From: Oikopleura dioica
Lineage: Eukaryota; Animalia; Chordata
Length of the DNA stretch: 64,000 nt
Direction: 5' to 3'
Assembly (NCBI GenBank): GCA_907165135.1
Contig: OU015566.1
Location: forward strand, 6,324,001-6,388,000
Shown here: in pieces, positions 52,658-64,000 of the stretch
Layout: each line of letters begins with the position of its first letter
Position numbering within the stretch: position 1 is the first letter of the stretch
Notes under the pieces: generated by a model
Told to the model about the DNA's origin: nothing
Database searches by the model: none
What the model saw: only the letters and a program-made list of their open reading frames with translations
Position numbers and translations under genes: made by a program

Positions 52658-54515
52658 ATGAGATTATTGAGCATTTTTCTTGTTTTTCTAGCGGCTGATG
52701 CAAAGAGAAAGAAACGAGGAAGAGTCAGGGGAGGAACAAAAGTTCGCAGTGCAACCAAATATCCTTCTTACGTCGCGATGTTGCGGTTTAATCAACATTA
52801 CTGGTAAAGAAAAGTCAAAAATGAGAGATTTATTTTCTCTTTTGAATTTCTCGAAAACATGAATGATCAAAAATATTTTAGAACAACAACGAGTTCGACA
52901 ATTTTTCATCTCAATTTCTAGTGGCGGATCGATTCTGGACGAAACAACGATTCTAACCGCCGCCCACTGCAAACCCCGAAACAGTGATCTCGTCGCCTTC
53001 GGAACAAACAAGCGAGCGGAACACCTTTCAAGCAGCGAAAAACGCACCAACACGGTCGGAATCAAAAGCGTCAAGCTGCTCGGCAGAAAGCTCACTGGCA
53101 GCTCGCACAGCAAATGGGACGAGAAGATTTGGGACAATGACTGGGCAATCGTAAAATTGGCGAAACCGATTCCACTTGGACGAACTGCTGCGAAGGCGGA
53201 GCTTGCTACTTGGAAGGAATTCGAGGAAAATTTATTGGTAAGCTCGAATAAACATTTTTTCTCCAAAACCATTTTCAGAACGGATCAAATAATAAATGCA
53301 CAATTATTGGCAACGGCATAACAGATGTCAAAGGACAATTTTCAGGTACTAACCGATTCTCTTGATTCGGCAACCTGCGAAGAAAACCTGAGTCAGGTTT
53401 TGAAGAGCTTAGCGGCTTTTTTGTTTTAGTTCTTCAAAACCTGACTCAGGTTTTCTTCACAGGTTGCCGAGACCAGACTATTCTATCAACCGTTTTCTTA
53501 ACCCATTTTTAGAGGTTCTAAAAGAAGGAACAGTGACTTTCGTCTCCGAGAGTCCGAAAACATCTGGTTTCCGAACAATTTGGAACTGCAACAAGAGATC
53601 CGGCAAAAACTGTCTTCTCTTCAGAAACAGCAACAGGGCGATCGTCGGTGCTGGCGACTCCGGTGGGCCGATTTTCTGCAAGGGCGACGGTGGCAAAATG
53701 AAAACGTACGGAGTTGCTTCCTGGGCCTCGAAAGATGGCAAGTCAGATGATAATACTTTGACGATGGGATTTGCGCCTGTTTTTTCGCCTGATGCCCAGA
53801 AACACTTTGGCCAGTGGAATCCCCAAAATAGGCCGCCAAATGCCAGCACTTTCAAGGGTTTTGACGAGTTGATGAATCACATGTTTTTTCCGGAGAAAAT
53901 GGGCCCTTTCCCTCAGTGGGCCAAAGTTTCCGGATCCTCTTCAACAACAAGATCCTCCTCCTCACCATCAAAATCATCTTCATCATCGAGATCATCCCAT
54001 TCATCAAGCGGTAGATCATCGTCATCAGGTTATTCTCGTGGATCTTATGGTAATCAAAGAAGTTCTGGATCATCCTACAAAAGACCGAATTCGAGCTCAC
54101 AAGGAGTGGGTTAAATCTTTGCTTTAATATCGACTATATTAGAAAGAGTATAAGCGTAATAATTTACCGAAAGAGATAACCCCAAAAAGCTTCCTCTAGT
54201 GGAAACTCGCCCGGATGCACCTGCCCCCAAGAAAACAAGCCGCCACAGGCTCCCCAGCGAAAGCAATACAGACAGCCTCAATACAAGTCACCCCCTTCAT
54301 ATGCCCGAAATTCCCCTTCTCGATCGTCGTATTCCGGCTCTTCTTCGTCGAACAACAGATATCCGTCGAGAAAGCCCACGTATAATTCTCGCAATTCTGC
54401 TTATTCCCGTTCGTATAATTCTGGCTCTGGTTCCCGAAATTTTGGCAACTCTGGATCACGTTCGAACTCTCAGCCCAGCTACAGAAATCGAATGAGCGGA
54501 CAATACAGAGGATAA
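52658..54515 (+). CDS. Secreted S1 serine protease with low-complexity tail, copy 2 (tandem paralog)
   Basis: Same exon layout and motifs as copy 1 (KRGR|VRGG, TAAHC, NDWAIVKL, GDSGGP); last splice junction ambiguous. Confidence 0.83.
53367..53470. mobile_element. MITE family A copy in a protease-2 intron
   Basis: TCGGCAACCTGCGAAGAAAACCTGAGTCAGGTTTTGAAGA and TCTTCAAAACCTGACTCAGGTTTTCTTCACAGGTTGCCGA, a near-perfect inverted repeat of about 40 bp. Confidence 0.85.
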
Positions 54516-55026
54516 AAATTATTTCTTTTAATTTTACTGTTCCCACATTTAAACTGCCCTATAATCGTCAATATAATATTCTCCTTAGTTTGATATCATT
54601 AATTTTCAGCAGGAGCGAGCTCAGACTACTAATTTGGAAGAAAGTGAGTCTGATTGCTGCTATTAAACAGAATTCGTCTAAAACTCTACTGAGCCGGTAA
54701 TTTCAGGGCTTAGGCCCCACCGCGCCGGCAAAAAATCACCGCTTGTCGGAAAGTCGATTCAATCATAGGATACGCTAACCGAGAAGCCCGCGATTCTTGC
54801 TGACATGACGTTGATTTTGTGAGAATCAAGGCTAACTAGTTGTGATTCACAAGTATGAGTATCACGGATAATTTCTTCAAAAAATCTGATATGATGTTTG
54901 AAGGCTCTATCGGAAGAATACGCCGGTTGGTCTCAGGATCAACTTTTCACTTGTAAAGGAAGCAGTTTTATATAAAGAGAATGCCTAGTTTTGGAAAATG
55001 CGAACTCCCGGAAGACTTGAATCTAG

Positions 55027-55821
55027 ATGAGTACTCGCAAGTTAACAAGTAAGAATCTCTCGTTGAACATCAAATTGAAGATATTTTCAGCGATGAAAGA
55101 CCAGAAGAGCAGACAGCCCCGGGAACAAGTCCCTCCCAATCTCCCCCGCCTTATTTTTCAGTCGTCGTTAATAATTCTCCGAGTGCACCCTCTACCTCAG
55201 AACTTGCAACGGAACAAAAATCATGGATGGAAAAACTAAAGGGCATTTCGATTATTTTGAAGATAGTTATCGCTCTCTTTACAATCGGAGGAATAGTGAC
55301 GCCGATAGTCGTTTCAAAAACAAGTCTTCGTTCGGCTCCAGTTTCAATTGAAAAGGTAGACTACTCTTTCCTTTATTTTATTGTCAATCGTCAAAAAAAA
55401 AACGAAATAGATACGATGCGTTGAATTCCGACCGATGACGTCAGATTTTTCTGACTCGACATTTCCCTCTTCAAAGGCAACCTGTAACCGAATCGGAGGC
55501 GAAGTGGCATTTTTCTTGAACCAGCAAGAATTTGAGTTCTTCGAAGACCGAGATCATCCTAACGAGGAGTGGTTAGGAATTTTTCGTGTGAATGGAAACC
55601 AGTGGTTCACGCCTTTGGGAGAAGAAAGTCCAGTTTTGAATTGGAGAGCGGGCGAACCAAGCAACCTTGAAGGCCGCGAAGATTGTGTTCAAAGAAGATC
55701 GACTGGTAAATGGAATGACGTTCCTTGCGATTCTTGGAACAGAAGCTTTTCATGCAGAATAGAAAGAATTCTTAATGCTCCTTCCAAATGCAATGAAAAT
55801 GAGCTGAAATCTTATCGTTAA
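55027..55821 (+). CDS. Type II transmembrane C-type lectin (3 exons)
   Basis: Cytoplasmic PPPY, TM ISIILKIVIALFTIGGIVTPIVV, CTLD with WLGI, NWRAGEPSN...EDCV...WNDVPC...FSC. Confidence 0.8.
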
Positions 55822-55929
55822 ATAAAAGAATTGTGACAACAAAACAAGACACAAGTATTTTTTCGCTCTTTTCTCTTCCTTGATTTCTTAAAGTACCATA
55901 AAAATTCAGACAAGTCATTTCGTTTATTA

Positions 55930-56994
55930 TCAATATGAGTTCTTTTTAAAGATTTTCGCGAAAGAATCGATCATATTCTCCAACGCATCGGCGATGATTT
56001 CCAACATGTTGACTGTTTGGGTTAAAACTATTTTTCAAAGCGATTTTGAATAGAAAAGAAGCTTTGAACCCAAGCTTTGAAATCATGAATGACATCGTTA
56101 AATGTTCCATTTTCCCCAAGAACGTCCATTACTCCTTCAAGAAATGCCTCGTAAGCCTTAAAAATCAGGAGTTGAAACCTCTTTCAAGGGGAACCTGATG
56201 GAAGGGCTTGTCTGAAGCGCTGAGCCTGTCGATAATGAGCATGATCTTGTCGATAATTTCCATTTTGCCGAAGTCCTTCAAGAATTTCGAAACGCTCTTT
56301 TTCACGAGTTTCATGAATTGAGCCGGTTTCAGATCTCCGTTTGGGTCAAAAGTAAGTTCTAGCGCTCGGAGGAGATCAAGGAGGAGAATATCTAAAACCG
56401 GGCTTTTCAATATATTTTCGAGAAAAATCTTACCTTTCGGCGATTCGACAGAAAAGCCATCATCATACGTCATTTTTTCAATGAGTTCGACAACTTCATC
56501 AAAGAGCACAACCGAAGCTTCCTCAATCGCTTCGTCCAATATTTTGAAGATTCGCTTTTTCGCTTCGTTGAGAACTTCCTTGATGGGCCGGGAAGAGTCG
56601 GGTCCAAGTTGGTCTTCGAGAAGATCAATGACGACGTCGATGACGTCTTCTTTGAAGTTGGCTATCTAAATGGGAAATTAGCGAACTGTATTCTTGAAAA
56701 GTGTTATTACAGTCACATCTTTGTCGAAGTCAAGATTGCTGGTCAAAATGACCATCACATCTTCCAGGTCATCTTTGAGTCTGATCAAGAGTTCCGCCAT
56801 CTCTTTACCAAGTTTTTCTTTGAGTGACTCGAAATCTTCCAAATCGTTGTTGAGCAAATCGGCGACTTTTTCAAAGAGCTTTGCGCCGATTCGAATCTGA
56901 AATTGGCAGTTGGAAAAATGCCCTTTTGATCACGAGTCTAAATTTGACAAAGTTTTGACGTTACACTGAATTGGGGTCGGACAAAGTCTGGCAT
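55930..56994 (-). CDS. Uncharacterised acidic, all-alpha-looking protein (multi-exon; start uncertain)
   Basis: Amphipathic segments FEKVADLLNNDLEDFESLKEKL, EDVIDVVIDLLEDQL, MLEIIADALENMIDSFAKIF separated by GT-AG introns. Confidence 0.55.
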
Positions 56995-57069
56995 GAACTT
57001 CCGCTGGAAGAGGGAGAAGATCTTTTTTATCCAGTTTTTCGGGCGGAGATTGCTTTTTGAAGAGTTATT

Positions 57070-57534
57070 TCACCGTAAAAACTTATAAGAAAAGGAGTAA
57101 TGAAAACCATAACTCCAGTCAAACTTTCCGCTTTCGGCCATCAAATTGCCGAACCAGTCCTTGATATTAAACACTCGCACTTGAGGCGCGGGCATAATGA
57201 CCGGCCCTTGAGCCATTTCTTCTTCGTAATCATAGGGCACCGCCTCGGGCCCTTGTTCACTCTCCTTCGCAATTTCGGCGACTAAAAAGGCCCAAATCAA
57301 AATCCTCGAGCTGTTTTGCTAGCCTAGCCAGACCTTGGTTGTAAGTAGGGCAGCATTTTGTACGGCCCATCGCGCAGCTGTTTTTGAAACACTTTGGCAC
57401 CCATTTTCCGTCAATATAAACCGCTGTTTTGCGATGAATTTTTGTATAATTACAGTCAGTTTCGACCATCTCTCAGTTCAAATTCATCACGCGATTCCTG
57501 ACGCGAGCGCTAGAAATGGCAAAATCAACCGCAT
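57070..57534 (-). CDS. Small secreted Cys-containing orphan protein
   Basis: MRLILPFLALASGI signal-like start; WVPKCFKNSCAMGRTKCCP segment; acidic/Pro exon ending ...YSFSYKFLR*. Splicing not fully resolved. Confidence 0.45.
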
Positions 57535-58209
57535 TCTCAGCCAGCTACAGGTAGTAAAACGAAACTCTCACACAGGCAGCTTATGAGTTGGGCTCGTTTA
57601 TATTCGCCGGGAGTGTCCAGTTTGGGAAGGGCGAGGCCAGAAAAGAAAACGTCAGAAAACAAATGCAACAGTAACTATGGTAAGACAGAAGATCAAAGAA
57701 AGAATGACTGGCCGATGAGTTCATTTTCTAGCAAAAACGATGAGTTCACCGGTTAGTTAGTCTTTTCTCGTATTTACGCAAAAATACAACTTTGTCGACC
57801 CAAAACATAGCGGATAATGCGGATCAGCATAAACTTGCTATTCTTAACCTCTCACTTTTGACGTAAACAATACACAATCAGAAACAAACTTAATTGATGA
57901 AATAAAGAAACGAAAATAAACCCGCTTCGATTTGATAATAGACTAAGAAAATTAGACGCACGTGTTTTTAGCAGAAAGAACTAGGAAGAGAGTTTATTAG
58001 AATTATATACAGCCGGAAATGGGTTTTTTAGCTCACTGGTGGCCGAATAGCGGAACTTGTTGGAATCGGTTGAAATCATCGATGCTCGAGGTGCTTCCGT
58101 TTGATGCTGGGAATTCTGTTTTTACGATTGTGCCTCATTTTGGATCAGATTTTTTTGACAAAAATATCCATAAAATCAAAGTCAATAAAACTCTTGAAAT
58201 TAAGGGGAT

Positions 58210-58356
58210 GGTGTCTGGAACCGACAAAAAAATTCGACAAATTTTGCGTGGGCGGCTACTCGGCTGCTGATTGGCCGATTTGCCAAAGCCAGGCTTCTGA
58301 TTGGTTGAAAATTTCCACGCAAAATTTGTCGAAATTTTTTGTTGGTTCCAGACACC
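58210..58356. mobile_element. MITE family C copy downstream of FoxE
   Basis: GGTGTCTGGAACCGACAAAAAAATTCGACAAATTTTGCGTGG and CCACGCAAAATTTGTCGAAATTTTTTGTTGGTTCCAGACACC; two internal ATTGG boxes. Confidence 0.85.
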
Positions 58357-58398
58357 CCCAAAATAAAGCTCACGATCGTTTTTTGGCCAACCAAAATT

Positions 58399-63479
<5,081 letters not shown>

Positions 63480-63873
63480 CTAGAAATATTTAATTATTGA
63501 AGTTCCATGATGCATAAAATGGAAATGTACGGCTTTGAATTTGTATAAGAGGTCATTTGGCGAAAATGTGAAAAGAATGAAAAAGGTCATGTGATTTGCA
63601 TTTTGGCTGGGGCTAGTGACGTCAATCTGATTAGAGCAAACAAGAGCACCGGCCCGTTACCGCGCTTGGTTTTTTCGACCACGTTAGAACGGGCCAGTGT
63701 GAGTTTTTTGATAAAAACGGAGGGGTTTTATCATGAAAAAGAGGAGATTTGAACACCTAGGGAAAATACCAAATCGTGGGAACTAGCGGCCAAAGATAAA
63801 AAATGTGAGGAAAAGGGTCATTTCTGAAAATTTACATAGACGCTTTTAATTTTCACAAAAATTTTGGGGGACG

Positions 63874-64000
63874 GGGTCAGGAACCGACAAAAAAAATCGA
63901 CAAATTTTGCGTGGGCGGCTACTCCGCTGCTGATTGGCCGGTAAGCCGAATCTAGACTTCTGATTGGTTGAAAATTCCCAAGCAAAAATTGTCGAAATTT
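63874..64000. mobile_element. MITE family C copy (truncated by the window edge)
   Basis: GGAACCGACAAAAAAAATCGACAAATTTTGCGTGGGCGGCTACTCCGCTGCTGATTGG..., closely similar to 58210-58356. Confidence 0.82.

Overview
Eukaryotic genomic DNA from an extremely compact, intron-rich animal genome. About 21 protein-coding genes are packed into 64 kb. Most introns are about 40-60 nt, several need GA or GG 5' splice sites, and unpaired TTTCAG acceptors sit just before some start codons. These traits match the appendicularian tunicate Oikopleura dioica or a close relative (inference, no search run). Recognisable genes, left to right: PYROXD1 (runs off the left edge), SIRT1, PPM1A/B, FYTTD1/UIF, a GNAT acetyltransferase, SBF1/2 (MTMR5/13), PFDN2, a 4-TM protein, three members of a secreted Cys-rich plus Kelch-like family, an HS3ST-like sulfotransferase, a C2H2 zinc-finger gene, a chitobiase-type GH20 hexosaminidase, PBRM1, two tandem S1 serine proteases, a type II C-type lectin, several orphans, and FoxE (5' end beyond the right edge). 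Non-coding DNA is dense with small inverted-repeat elements. The most striking is a mostly intronic MITE family with AP-1-containing terminal repeats and internal GCCGC-GNA-GCGGC mini-hairpins, in which all four GNA loop variants occur. There are also two TTAA-flanked piggyBac-like elements (one carrying four perfect CArG boxes upstream of SIRT1) and a cluster of seven AP-1 sites in a FoxE intron. Protein-level oddities are a GH20 apparently missing its domain II and a PBRM1 with five bromodomains and a single BAH. No rRNA, tRNA or CRISPR array was recognised. Gene models were assembled by eye, so exon borders and some ends are approximate.
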